A DNA stretch of 64,000 nt from a bacterium (GTDB lineage: Bacteria > J088 > JAWLBW01): the NCBI GenBank assembly GCA_041690355.1, contig JAWLHK010000002.1:124001-188000 (forward strand), given 5' to 3'. Within the stretch, counting starts at the first letter, position 1, and each line of letters starts with the position of its first letter. The notes beneath the pieces were generated by a model that made no database searches, was not told where the DNA came from, and saw only the letters and a program-made list of their open reading frames with translations. Position numbers and translations under genes: made by a program. Below, in pieces: positions 36,871-46,090 of this stretch.

Positions 36871-37758
36871 TCAGCGCTCGATCAGTACCTTTTCCGACCA
36901 GGGGGCGATCTCGCGGAAGTCCTCTTCATCCCCTCGATCCATGAACCGCACGGGGATGCTCCCTGCTTCGGTCCAGAACCAGTCGAAGAAATAGCGGCGT
37001 TCGACGCTCAGGATGGACACCGCGATGGCTCCCTGGCGGCGCTCGTCTACCTTCACGACCTGAAACGAGTTCGGCGCGACAATCGGGCGCACGTAGACGC
37101 TTCCGGCGGGCGTGCTTCCGAGGCGCGCGTACAGCTCCTGCCCGGCAGCGTGCGTCTCCTCGGCATAGTCGGGCGGCGTCGTCGCATTCCACGCATAGGT
37201 CTCGGGCGTCAGCGATAGAATCCCCTGCGCGCCGACCACCATTTTCTGGACCTCGGCGCCGTACTCGGCCCCGATGGCGTCGAACTTCCGGGGCTGCGCC
37301 AGCGCGCGCGCGTGCATGGCGTTCACCTTCTCGATTTCCTTGAGGTGGGGTTCCTGTTTGGAGTCGAAGAGAAACTGCAGTCGGGCCAGAGGCAGCTCGT
37401 TCATGATGACGGCAACACGGTATGCCTCTTCGTATTTCGCCTGGCGCTCGAGCTCCTGATACGGCGATTCAGGCGAGTACTTGAGTTGCTGGTAGTAGGC
37501 CTCGCCCGCCTCCTGCGTCACAGCCAGCCCGTAGCGCCGGCCCACCTCGTTGGCGAGAAACCCCAGAACCAGTTGCGCCATGGCCATCTCGTCAGGGTCT
37601 TGTACCTTGAAGTGTTTGTTGACCCGCGTGAGCTCCGATACGAGCCCGGCCTGGATCTCGAGGGGCCCCACCTTGGCAACGGGTTCCATCGGATTTTTTT
37701 CGCAGGCCGCGCCGAGAAGAAGGACGGCTGCGAGCAGGGAGAGAAGGCGAGAGTGCAT
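36871..37758 (-). CDS. Hypothetical lipoprotein (weakly SurA/PrsA-like)
   Basis: Lipobox LGAAC, VAKVG, helical body. Confidence 0.65.
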   Translation of the reverse strand: MHSRLLSLLAAVLLLGAACEKNPMEPVAKVGPLEIQAGLVSELTRVNKHFKVQDPDEMAMAQLVLGFLANEVGRRYGLAVTQEAGEAYYQQLKYSPESPYQELERQAKYEEAYRVAVIMNELPLARLQFLFDSKQEPHLKEIEKVNAMHARALAQPRKFDAIGAEYGAEVQKMVVGAQGILSLTPETYAWNATTPPDYAEETHAAGQELYARLGSTPAGSVYVRPIVAPNSFQVVKVDERRQGAIAVSILSVERRYFFDWFWTEAGSIPVRFMDRGDEEDFREIAPWSEKVLIER

Positions 37759-37906
37759 ACCCTATACGATAGCAGGCCGTGCGCGCAGCCTGCCATGCGC
37801 CGCCGGGTTTCTCCGCGCGTAGAAACCGGTCGGGCCCCGCGGTACGCCCGGTTGCAACGCACTCCCTTCGTGGTAGGCTAATGAGAACCAGCCCAATGGA
37901 GGGTTC

Positions 37907-39892
37907 ATGCACGGGATGGGTCGCAAAGCTTGGTTCACGGGGATTCTGCTGCTGGCGGTCGCCTGCGGAGGCGAGAAGAAGGAAACTCCGTCCACCGTCC
38001 AGGTGCGCATGTCCGAGACGGCTGATCTGTCGGCCGACTTCTTCGCGCAGCCCTTTCCGCTCGAAACCCGTCGTCTCGAGACGAAGGAGGGAAAGCACGC
38101 GGGCGGCTACGACCTGCGCGGATTTCCGAACCCGATCTCCAACTCGCTCGTCGAGGTCTTCAAGAAGACCATGGGCCCCGATCTGAAGGGCTACGGAACG
38201 AATGCCGCCGTCTACTTCTCCTTTACCGGCGATCTGACCTACGAGAACGCCGTGACCGGCCCGGCCGAATCCCGCAGTGGCGAGGCGGCGATCCTGCTCG
38301 TGAATATCGATTCCACATCCCCCGATTACCTGCGGTTCGTACCCGTCTATTCCCGCTTTTACCGAGGTGAGGGTGACTACCTGCCTCCCTATACGCTGGC
38401 GCTCGCGCCCATGCCGGGGTTTCCGTTGCGCGAACGGTCGCTCTATGCCGCGCTCGTTCTGCGCGGCCGGGGCCTCGAACCCGTGTCGGGCAGCCTGAGG
38501 CAGGCCGCACCGCTGGCGGACGCGCTGGCAGGTAAAGGACCCTGGGGCGAAACCTTCGGGCCGCTGCGGCTGGCCCTGGCACAGCTCGGGATCGCCGCCG
38601 ACGACTTGCTGGCGGCCACGGTCTATGCGACGCGGGACGTGACCGGACCGCTTTTCGGAGCCCGCGACTGGCTGTATGCTGAAGGCCCGACGGCACAGGC
38701 GAAAGTCGATCCGGCGACCCTCGGATTCTACACGTCGCTCAATCTGGTGAAGGGGTCCTTTCGGGGCGTGCGGTTTCAGCACGGGACCCCGCCCTACGAC
38801 AACCCGGGCGAAGGGGCTTTCATTCTTCGCGCCGACGGGGTGCCCAGTCCGGCAGGCGAGGAGACGTTGCGTTTCGCGCTGACGCTTCCGAAGGGCACTC
38901 CTCCGGATGAGGGATGGCCGCTCGTCATCTACGCGCACGGCACCGGGGGCGATTACGACAGCTTCGTCTGGCGCGAGGGCTGGGTGCTCGCCGCCGAGGG
39001 GATTGCCGTCGTGAGCTACGACCAGCCATACCACGGCACGCGTCACCCCCGGTTTGCCGAGGGCTCCGGATGCGTGAACGAGTGTCCGCAGCTGTACACC
39101 TTCAACTTCCTGAATCCGCCGGCCGGGCGCGACGGTTTCCGCCAGAGCGCGCTCGATGCGGTGCAGCTGATGCGCGGCATGATGGACGTGCGGTTCAAAC
39201 TGACGCCGTCGGGTCCGGTCCAGTTCTTCGATCCGGCGCGCGTGTCCTATATGGGGCACTCGCAGGGGTCGACCAGCGGGCCGCTGTTCGTGGCCGCCCA
39301 GGGGCCTGAGATCGGCGCCGCTGTGTTCTCGGGTCCCGCGGGCGGGCTGCACCTGTCCTTCCTCTACAAGTACGAGCCGGTCGACATCCCGGCCGTGGCG
39401 CGCTTTCTGCTCGGGGCGCGGGAAGGATTCGATCTCTTCCACCCGGTGCTCAATCTCTTTCAGGCCTATTCGGAGCCGGCCGATCCGCTCAACCACGCAC
39501 GTTACATGGCGCTCGAGCCGCGCGGCGGCGCCGTGCGCGACCTGCTGATCACGAGCGGCCTGCTCGACGGATACACGCCTCCGGTACAGGCCGACGCCTT
39601 CGCCGCCGCCGCCGGCGTGCCCTTGGCGAACCCGGTCTATCATGAGGTGGCGCCGCTCGAACTCATGGGCCTCGCGCCGCAGTCGCCGCCGCTCGAAGGG
39701 AACCGGACTGCGCTCTCGGGGGCCGCCTGGACCGGCGGCTACCTGCAGTTCCCCGACGACGGCCACTTCGCCGTCTACGACCACCCGGTGGGTGAGCAGG
39801 CCTATGCCGACTTCCTGCGGTCGAAGGCCTATGGCGGCACGGGGCGCGCGCGGATTGAAGATCTGGGGGCTCGCGACGAGGGGGCCCGCTGA
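37907..39892 (+). CDS. Lipoprotein serine hydrolase (secreted lipase/esterase-like)
   Basis: Lipobox AVAC; WPLVIYAHGTGG, GHSQG nucleophile elbow, LDGYTP (Asp), GHF (His). Confidence 0.8.
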   Translation: MHGMGRKAWFTGILLLAVACGGEKKETPSTVQVRMSETADLSADFFAQPFPLETRRLETKEGKHAGGYDLRGFPNPISNSLVEVFKKTMGPDLKGYGTNAAVYFSFTGDLTYENAVTGPAESRSGEAAILLVNIDSTSPDYLRFVPVYSRFYRGEGDYLPPYTLALAPMPGFPLRERSLYAALVLRGRGLEPVSGSLRQAAPLADALAGKGPWGETFGPLRLALAQLGIAADDLLAATVYATRDVTGPLFGARDWLYAEGPTAQAKVDPATLGFYTSLNLVKGSFRGVRFQHGTPPYDNPGEGAFILRADGVPSPAGEETLRFALTLPKGTPPDEGWPLVIYAHGTGGDYDSFVWREGWVLAAEGIAVVSYDQPYHGTRHPRFAEGSGCVNECPQLYTFNFLNPPAGRDGFRQSALDAVQLMRGMMDVRFKLTPSGPVQFFDPARVSYMGHSQGSTSGPLFVAAQGPEIGAAVFSGPAGGLHLSFLYKYEPVDIPAVARFLLGAREGFDLFHPVLNLFQAYSEPADPLNHARYMALEPRGGAVRDLLITSGLLDGYTPPVQADAFAAAAGVPLANPVYHEVAPLELMGLAPQSPPLEGNRTALSGAAWTGGYLQFPDDGHFAVYDHPVGEQAYADFLRSKAYGGTGRARIEDLGARDEGAR

Positions 39893-39913
39893 AGGTCTGT
39901 CGCGGCGGCGCGG

Positions 39914-41068
39914 TCAGGATCCGAGGAGCAGATCGGCGAGCCGGCGCCGGTGGTGCGCACCGTCACCGAAAAGAAACCGGCTGTGCAGGTTGCGCTTGAA
40001 GAACAGGTGCACGTCGCACTCCCAGGTGAAGCCGATGCCGCCGTGCAGCTGCACGGCGCGATCGGCGGCGAAGCCTCCCGCCTCGCCGGCCTGCGCCTTG
40101 GCCATACGCGCGAACCGCTCGGCCTTATCGGGCTCGGTATCGATGGCACAGGCGGCGTTGTACAGGTGTGAGCGCGCGAAGTCGATCTCGAGCATGACGT
40201 CGACGAGCGGATGCTTCACGGCCTGAAAGGTGCCGATCGGCCGGTCGAACTGCTCGCGCACCTTGGCGTACTCCACCGTCGTCTGCAGCAGCCACTCCGA
40301 GGCGCCGACGGTATCGGCGGCGATAACGGTCCAGATCGCCGGAAGCGCCCGGTTGAGCGCGTCGCCGCCATGCGGGGCTTCGGCGACCGGCACGGCCGGG
40401 GTCGATGCAAAGCTGACGCGCGCCTGGTCGCGGGTGGCGTCGATGATGCGATCGGCTTCGATTAAGAGGCCCGGCGCATCGGCCGGCACGGCGTAGAGAC
40501 CGGTCCCCGCGGCGGTGCGCGCGGCGACCACGAAGAAGGCGGCCTTGCGCGCATCCTGCACGAAGTGAGCCGTGCCGGTGAGGGTGGTTGAGGCCGCCTC
40601 TCCGTTTGCGATAACGGGGGTGTTTTCGGGATAGAAATCACCGGCGGCATCGGCCACGGCGAGCGCGGCCGGGGTGCCCGCGGCGATTCTTTCGAGCGCT
40701 TCGGTCGATGCATCGCTCGAGCATTCACGCAACGCGAACGCCGCGAAGAAGGTCGCGAGCAGGGGCGAGGGCAATGCGGCGCGGCCGATTTCTTCGACGA
40801 GCGCCGCGACGGCGACCATCTTCATGCCCAGGCCGCCGGCCGCTTCGGGAACCGGAAGCCCGGGCCAGCCGAGTTCGACGATACGCCGCCAGACATCGGC
40901 GTCAAAGACCGCCGGAAGAAGCCGGTCTCCCGATACGAAGGCGTGCGGCTCGGCGGCGACAAGGCCACGCAGCTTGTTCACCGGGGCCGCATCAGCCAGA
41001 AAGCGGCGCGCCGTGTCGCGGATCATCTGTTCGTCGGCTCCGAAGCCGAAGTCCTTCGGTTGCGCCAT
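39914..41068 (-). CDS. Acyl-CoA dehydrogenase family (probable non-catalytic partner subunit)
   Basis: YAKVREQFDRPIGTFQAVKH, QLHGGIGFTWE; ends in LFGD. Confidence 0.88.
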   Translation of the reverse strand: MAQPKDFGFGADEQMIRDTARRFLADAAPVNKLRGLVAAEPHAFVSGDRLLPAVFDADVWRRIVELGWPGLPVPEAAGGLGMKMVAVAALVEEIGRAALPSPLLATFFAAFALRECSSDASTEALERIAAGTPAALAVADAAGDFYPENTPVIANGEAASTTLTGTAHFVQDARKAAFFVVAARTAAGTGLYAVPADAPGLLIEADRIIDATRDQARVSFASTPAVPVAEAPHGGDALNRALPAIWTVIAADTVGASEWLLQTTVEYAKVREQFDRPIGTFQAVKHPLVDVMLEIDFARSHLYNAACAIDTEPDKAERFARMAKAQAGEAGGFAADRAVQLHGGIGFTWECDVHLFFKRNLHSRFLFGDGAHHRRRLADLLLGS

Positions 41069-41084
41069 GGCGGTTCTCCGGTGG

Positions 41085-42329
41085 CTACCTGGTTTTCGGC
41101 AGGCCCAGCACCCGCTCGCCGAGCAGGTCGCGCTGGATCTCGCTCGTTCCCGCGGCGATGGTGAATCCGTAGCTGTTCATGTACTGCAGCGGCCAGCGGC
41201 CGTCGTCGGGCGAATGCGGGTCGCCGACGTAGAGCGAAGCGCGCGCGCCTGCGATTTCGAGGGCCGCGGCCCCGACGTCCTGTACGAATTCGGTGCCGAG
41301 CACTTTTCCCTGCATCGGGAGACGAAGCGGATGGTCGACGAGCGCGGGCACGGCGGCCCGGCGCAGATGCTGCTTGAGCCCCTCTTCGCGAAGCAGCAGC
41401 CTCATGAGCCGGTCGCGTATCCGGGCGTCTTCGATGGCCGGGCGGCCGTCGATCGTACAGCTGCGGGCCAGTTCAGCAAGCGCCTGCACGGAGTACTCGG
41501 TCGGCATGGCCGTACCCCCCGCCCCGGGGGTCACGAGCGGTGAGGCTCCGCGCTCGTGCAGGAGCGTCGTCATGGCCACCGTCCACCCCATTCCCTCTTC
41601 GTCGAGTCGCAGCGAATCGGGGAGCACGACCTCGTCGAGCAGGACCTCGTTGAACCCGGTCTCGCCCGTCATCTTGATCAACGGCCGTACCGTCACCCCG
41701 TTGCCGAGCGCGCTCTCGACGGGAGCCAGAAAGTAGGTGAGCCCTTTGTGCTTGCTCGTCGACGACGTGCGCGCGAGCAGGATCATCCACTGCGCGAAGT
41801 GGGCGAGACTCGTCCAGACCTTGTGGCCGGTCACGACCCACTCGTCGCCCCGGCGCACGGCCCGGGTCTGCACGTTCGCCAGATCGGAACCGGCGCCCGG
41901 CTCTGAGAACCCCTGGCACCACAGCTCCTCTCCCGAGAGGATGGGCCGAAGAAAGCGCCGCTTGTTCTCCTCGGAACCGTGGTGAAGAATCGTCGGTCCC
42001 GCCATGCCGAGACCGACGACGTTGATGAAGAAGGGGGCCTGCGCGCGCCCCAGCTCCTGATTGGCGATGCGCTGGAACCCGTCGTGGCCCCCTCCGCCAT
42101 ACTCCCTGGGGTAATCGCAGCCGACCAGGCCCGCCGCATGGCACTTCTTCTGCCAGGCCTGCAGGTAATCGCGCTGCTCGACGGTCATGACCTCGAGCGG
42201 CGACTGCGGAAGCCGAAAGGGGGGCGCCACGGGGATGTTGTCGGCGATCCAGCGCCGGCAGTATTCCCGGAACTCGGCCTGGGCCGGCGTGTCCTTCGAG
42301 CCCTTCAGCGCTTCTGCAGTTCCGCTCAT
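41085..42329 (-). CDS. Acyl-CoA dehydrogenase (catalytic subunit)
   Basis: WCQGFSEPGAGSDLA, GHKVWTS, FNEV, TTLLHER, TIAAGTSEIQR. Confidence 0.92.
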   Translation of the reverse strand: MSGTAEALKGSKDTPAQAEFREYCRRWIADNIPVAPPFRLPQSPLEVMTVEQRDYLQAWQKKCHAAGLVGCDYPREYGGGGHDGFQRIANQELGRAQAPFFINVVGLGMAGPTILHHGSEENKRRFLRPILSGEELWCQGFSEPGAGSDLANVQTRAVRRGDEWVVTGHKVWTSLAHFAQWMILLARTSSTSKHKGLTYFLAPVESALGNGVTVRPLIKMTGETGFNEVLLDEVVLPDSLRLDEEGMGWTVAMTTLLHERGASPLVTPGAGGTAMPTEYSVQALAELARSCTIDGRPAIEDARIRDRLMRLLLREEGLKQHLRRAAVPALVDHPLRLPMQGKVLGTEFVQDVGAAALEIAGARASLYVGDPHSPDDGRWPLQYMNSYGFTIAAGTSEIQRDLLGERVLGLPKTR

Positions 42330-42349
42330 GCGCTTCTCCTCGCGGGCGT

Positions 42350-43522
42350 TCAGACCCGTTCGATGATCGTCGCGTTGGCCGTGCCGAGCCCTTCGCAGAT
42401 CGTCAGCAGGCCGTAACGGCCGTTGCGCCGGCGCAGCTCCCAGGCCAGCGTGCCGATGAGCTTGGTGCCGGTGGCGCCGAGCGGGTGGCCCAGCGCCTGG
42501 GCGCCGCCGTTGACGTTCAGCTTGTTCAGGTCGGCGCCGACCGCTTTCGCCCAGGCGAGGGGGACGGAACCGAAGGCCTCGTTCACCTCGTACAGGTCCA
42601 TGTCTTCGATGCGCAGGCCGGTCTGGCGCAGGATCTTCTGTGTGGCCGGGATGGGGCCTTCGAGCACCATGGTCGGATCGGAGCCGACGACCGTCATGGC
42701 GTGAATGCGGGCCAGTGGGCGCAGGCCGAGCGACTTGAGGGCCCGTTCGCCGACCACGAGCACGGCCGAAGAACCGTCGCAGATCTGGCTCGCGGTGCCC
42801 GCGGTGATCAGGCCCCCTTCCTGCAGCGGCTTGAGATTACGGATCGCTTCGAGGTCGGCATTGGGGCGCAACCCTTCGTCGACTTCATGGACGAACGGTT
42901 TGCCGTCGACCTCGACGGCGAGGGGAATGATCTCTTCCTTGAAGCGCCCTTCCTGATACGCACGGGCCCCCTTCATATGGCTGTCGTAGGCGAACTGGGC
43001 GAGTTCATCGGCGGTGACGCCGTACTTCTGCGCCACGCGCTCGGCGCCGTCGAACTGATTGAATTCGCAGTTCGGATAGCGCTCCTGAATCTTCTGGCTC
43101 GCGAACGGGCTCTGCATGCCGGCTTTGACGGCGACGTGCATGGAGGAGAGAATCGGCACGGCGCTCATGACTTCGACGCCGCCGGCGATGACGATGTCCT
43201 GCGTGCCCGACATGACCGCCTGGGCCGCGAAGTGCAGGGCCTGCTGCGACGAGCCGCATTGGCGGTCGATGGTGACGCCGGGCACCGACTCGGGGAGTCG
43301 GGAGGCGAGAATCGAAGTGCGCGCCAGGTTGAACGTCTGGGGCCCGATCTGGCTCACGCAGCCGAAGATGACGTCCTCGACGATCTCGGGGTCGAGCTTG
43401 TTCCGATCGATCAGGGCGTCGATGACGACGGCGCCCAGATCGGCGGGGTGCCACTGGCTGAGGCGTCCGTTGCGGCGGCCGCCCGCGGTGCGGACTGCGT
43501 CTACGATGTAGGCTTCACTCAC
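42350..43522 (-). CDS. Acetyl-CoA C-acyltransferase (thiolase)
   Basis: DRQCGSSQQ, NEAF, GHPLGATG, CEGLG; GTG start. Confidence 0.94.
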   Translation of the reverse strand: MSEAYIVDAVRTAGGRRNGRLSQWHPADLGAVVIDALIDRNKLDPEIVEDVIFGCVSQIGPQTFNLARTSILASRLPESVPGVTIDRQCGSSQQALHFAAQAVMSGTQDIVIAGGVEVMSAVPILSSMHVAVKAGMQSPFASQKIQERYPNCEFNQFDGAERVAQKYGVTADELAQFAYDSHMKGARAYQEGRFKEEIIPLAVEVDGKPFVHEVDEGLRPNADLEAIRNLKPLQEGGLITAGTASQICDGSSAVLVVGERALKSLGLRPLARIHAMTVVGSDPTMVLEGPIPATQKILRQTGLRIEDMDLYEVNEAFGSVPLAWAKAVGADLNKLNVNGGAQALGHPLGATGTKLIGTLAWELRRRNGRYGLLTICEGLGTANATIIERV

Positions 43523-43649
43523 GGGAAACTCCAGGGTAAAGAGGGTCGGACAATGTCAATCGTAAGACGGTACCAGGAATCGGCGGCCATCCCCAGGCGG
43601 GCGCTGATATCTCCCCCCTCTCCGAACCGGATTGGGGGGAGACGGATCG

Positions 43650-45326
43650 TCAGAAGGAGGCGGCCAGCGAGACGTAGACGTTGTCTTCGTTCTTGAGCTG
43701 ACCGAAGCCGCGTTCGTCGGCCCGGCCCGCAAAGACCTGGCCGCCGATTTTCAGGCGGGTGCCGGGCACCACCGCCAGATCCAGTTCGGGCGCGAGAAAG
43801 TGCCCTTCTTCCTCATAGGAAACCAGATACGCCAGCGTGAGCTGGTGCATCGCCGCTCCCCACCGATAGGTGACCGTCGTGTGCGCGATGTGGTGGGCCA
43901 GCAGCAGGAGCGTCGAGCCGAGCGGACTGGGGATGCTGAACTCGTCGGCGCGTTCGGCGTCGTCGTTGAGGGCGAAGATCTGCTCATCGAGGATGCCGGC
44001 CCGGATCTGCCACCTGTCCGTCGGATCCCAGACGAGCTGTCCCGCCGACTGCAGGGTCGGATTGCGCACGTAGGGATCGGTTCCGTTCGCGTCTGCGGTG
44101 TGCAGGTACAGTCCCTCGAACCGCAGGCTGAACTCGCCGAGGGGAATCGCGCCCGAGAGGGTCCAGGCGGCAACCCGGGGATACTCGACGCGCAGGCGCG
44201 GCGGGTCTCCGGCCACAAGGCCGCGATCGAGCCGGTAGGTGCCGATCTGATCGTACATCCGGGCGGCGCCGATCCCGAAGTCGCCGAACGAGAGCGGGAA
44301 GTACAGGCGGCCCGCCAACTGCAGCGCGCGCGGCTCGCGTGTCGGCAGAACAGGGACCGGGTGCGCGAGCGATTCGCGCCAGGCCGTTTCGCGCCGGACG
44401 CCTTCCGATGCGAACAGCTGTTCGGCCTCGTCGAGCCGAAGGCGCTGGGCCTCGAGCCCGGCCTGCTGCGCATCGAGCTGCGCCGCCTGGCGTTCGAGCG
44501 CCGCGCGTTGGCTCTGAATCTGCGCGAGGGCGGCGTAGAGCTGTGCCTCGGCCGCCGACTTCTGCGGTTCGGGCAGAAACGCCGTGCCTTGGAGATTGGC
44601 CTGGATGTCGGCTTCGGCAGCGTCGAGCTGCGCCTGGCCGGCCGCAATCTGCGCGTAGCCCTCATCGATCTGCGCCTGCCCCTCTTCGAGCTGTTGCCGG
44701 CCCTCGTCGAGCTCGCGTCGGGCCTGCGCGCCCGCCTGCGACGCCCGGGCCGCTTCGGCGCGCAGGGCGCGCTGAAGCGGCCGGGGCATGGCCGCCTCGG
44801 CAAAGGCCCCCTGCGACGGAAGCTCTGACGGCGTGAACCACGGCATGGCATAGAGCTCGGTCTGCACCAGGCCGAAGTCGTACGATCCCTTCGCCGTCCA
44901 CACGCCGATCTTGCGGTTGGTGAGGTCCTGCGTCAGGTCGGGAAACTCCTGGGGGTTCAGAATGTCGACGACGCCGAAATCCTGAATCGTCCCCCAGGTG
45001 TGGATCTGTTTGCCCATCGTCAGCGTGAAGGAACCCTCGTAGAAGCGCACCCACAGCTCGCGCAGGGTCGCATCGACCGACGGCGTTGCCACATCGGCAT
45101 AGCGCAGATCGAGCTCGCCGACGACCGATCCGTCGACCTGGTCGGTCGGAAACACGCGCATGTCGATCCGGGCGTCCGGCATCGACGAATGCGTCCACTC
45201 GGGATGCGTGCGGTCGACGTAGGCCCGCGCTTCCGGTTCCAGCCGACCCGAAAATTCCACCGTATCCTGTGCCGAGGCCGTCGCCGTGAAAACGAGGCTC
45301 GCCAGGAGCAAAACACTGGTGCGCAT
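43650..45326 (-). CDS. Outer-membrane protein (DUF1302-like) with a long coiled-coil insertion
   Basis: Signal peptide, LRELW, GKQIHTWG, DILNP, FGQLKNEDNVY, terminal Phe; heptad insert at about 44410-44780. Confidence 0.72.
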   Translation of the reverse strand: MRTSVLLLASLVFTATASAQDTVEFSGRLEPEARAYVDRTHPEWTHSSMPDARIDMRVFPTDQVDGSVVGELDLRYADVATPSVDATLRELWVRFYEGSFTLTMGKQIHTWGTIQDFGVVDILNPQEFPDLTQDLTNRKIGVWTAKGSYDFGLVQTELYAMPWFTPSELPSQGAFAEAAMPRPLQRALRAEAARASQAGAQARRELDEGRQQLEEGQAQIDEGYAQIAAGQAQLDAAEADIQANLQGTAFLPEPQKSAAEAQLYAALAQIQSQRAALERQAAQLDAQQAGLEAQRLRLDEAEQLFASEGVRRETAWRESLAHPVPVLPTREPRALQLAGRLYFPLSFGDFGIGAARMYDQIGTYRLDRGLVAGDPPRLRVEYPRVAAWTLSGAIPLGEFSLRFEGLYLHTADANGTDPYVRNPTLQSAGQLVWDPTDRWQIRAGILDEQIFALNDDAERADEFSIPSPLGSTLLLLAHHIAHTTVTYRWGAAMHQLTLAYLVSYEEEGHFLAPELDLAVVPGTRLKIGGQVFAGRADERGFGQLKNEDNVYVSLAASF

Positions 45327-46090
45327 TACGGGCGGATCCTCTGCATGTGGCTGGTCGAGAAGATGTTGTCGGCGAGCGGCTCGTCGACCTTGATGGACTT
45401 CATCTCGATGCGGGTGGAGTGATCGTTCAGCAGATCCTTCATGACGATGGCGCTCGGAATCAGGTAGTCGCCGGTCTTCGTGAAGTTTTCCTGCGTCCGG
45501 CGTTTCACGAGATCGCCCGACAGATCGTAGAGGTCTTCGCGCAGCAGGCGGCCTTCGGCTTCAGACACGTAGGAGATGATCTTGCCGTACGGAGCATCGT
45601 CGTCCTCGTCCTTCAGCGTAGATTCGATCTTGTGGACCTTCTTGCCGTCGAGGCTTTCGCTCCCGAGAAGCTTGTGGTTGAAGAGATCCAGATCGCGTTC
45701 GGCCATATCGGCGTAGGTGAAGTCCGATCCCAGGAAACTCTCGTTCTCCTTCGAGCCGGAGATGCGCTCGACGCGCTTGAAGGCGGGCAGGTAAAGCCAC
45801 ATCTTGCGGTTTTTCGCGTCGCCGAGGCGCAGAAAGGCGGTACCCTTCAGGTCGGCGGGGGTCACGAACCAGACGAGCTGCTTCTCGTCGCCGATCTTGC
45901 GGATCTCCAGGGCGCGGTTCTGTGTGCGTCCGCCGCGATCCTTCAGTTCCATCGACATCGACGACTGCATCGTCTTCGGGGTGCCGCTCTTCTGCGCTTT
46001 CTCGAGCAGGGTGCGGGCATCGGGCGACTGCGCGGCGGCCGGGGCTGCGGCCAGCAGAACCAGTGAAAGGCTAGCGAAGAATGTTTTCAT
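45326..46090 (-). CDS. Outer-membrane lipoprotein-sorting (LolA-like) protein
   Basis: PADLKGTAFL, WLYLPA, SFLGSDFTYAD; signal peptide. Confidence 0.85.
   Translation of the reverse strand: MKTFFASLSLVLLAAAPAAAQSPDARTLLEKAQKSGTPKTMQSSMSMELKDRGGRTQNRALEIRKIGDEKQLVWFVTPADLKGTAFLRLGDAKNRKMWLYLPAFKRVERISGSKENESFLGSDFTYADMAERDLDLFNHKLLGSESLDGKKVHKIESTLKDEDDDAPYGKIISYVSEAEGRLLREDLYDLSGDLVKRRTQENFTKTGDYLIPSAIVMKDLLNDHSTRIEMKSIKVDEPLADNIFSTSHMQRIRP

Noticed and set aside
37592-39784. 730-aa minus-strand ORF
   Set aside because: Antisense to the lipoprotein hydrolase with its GHSQG motif.
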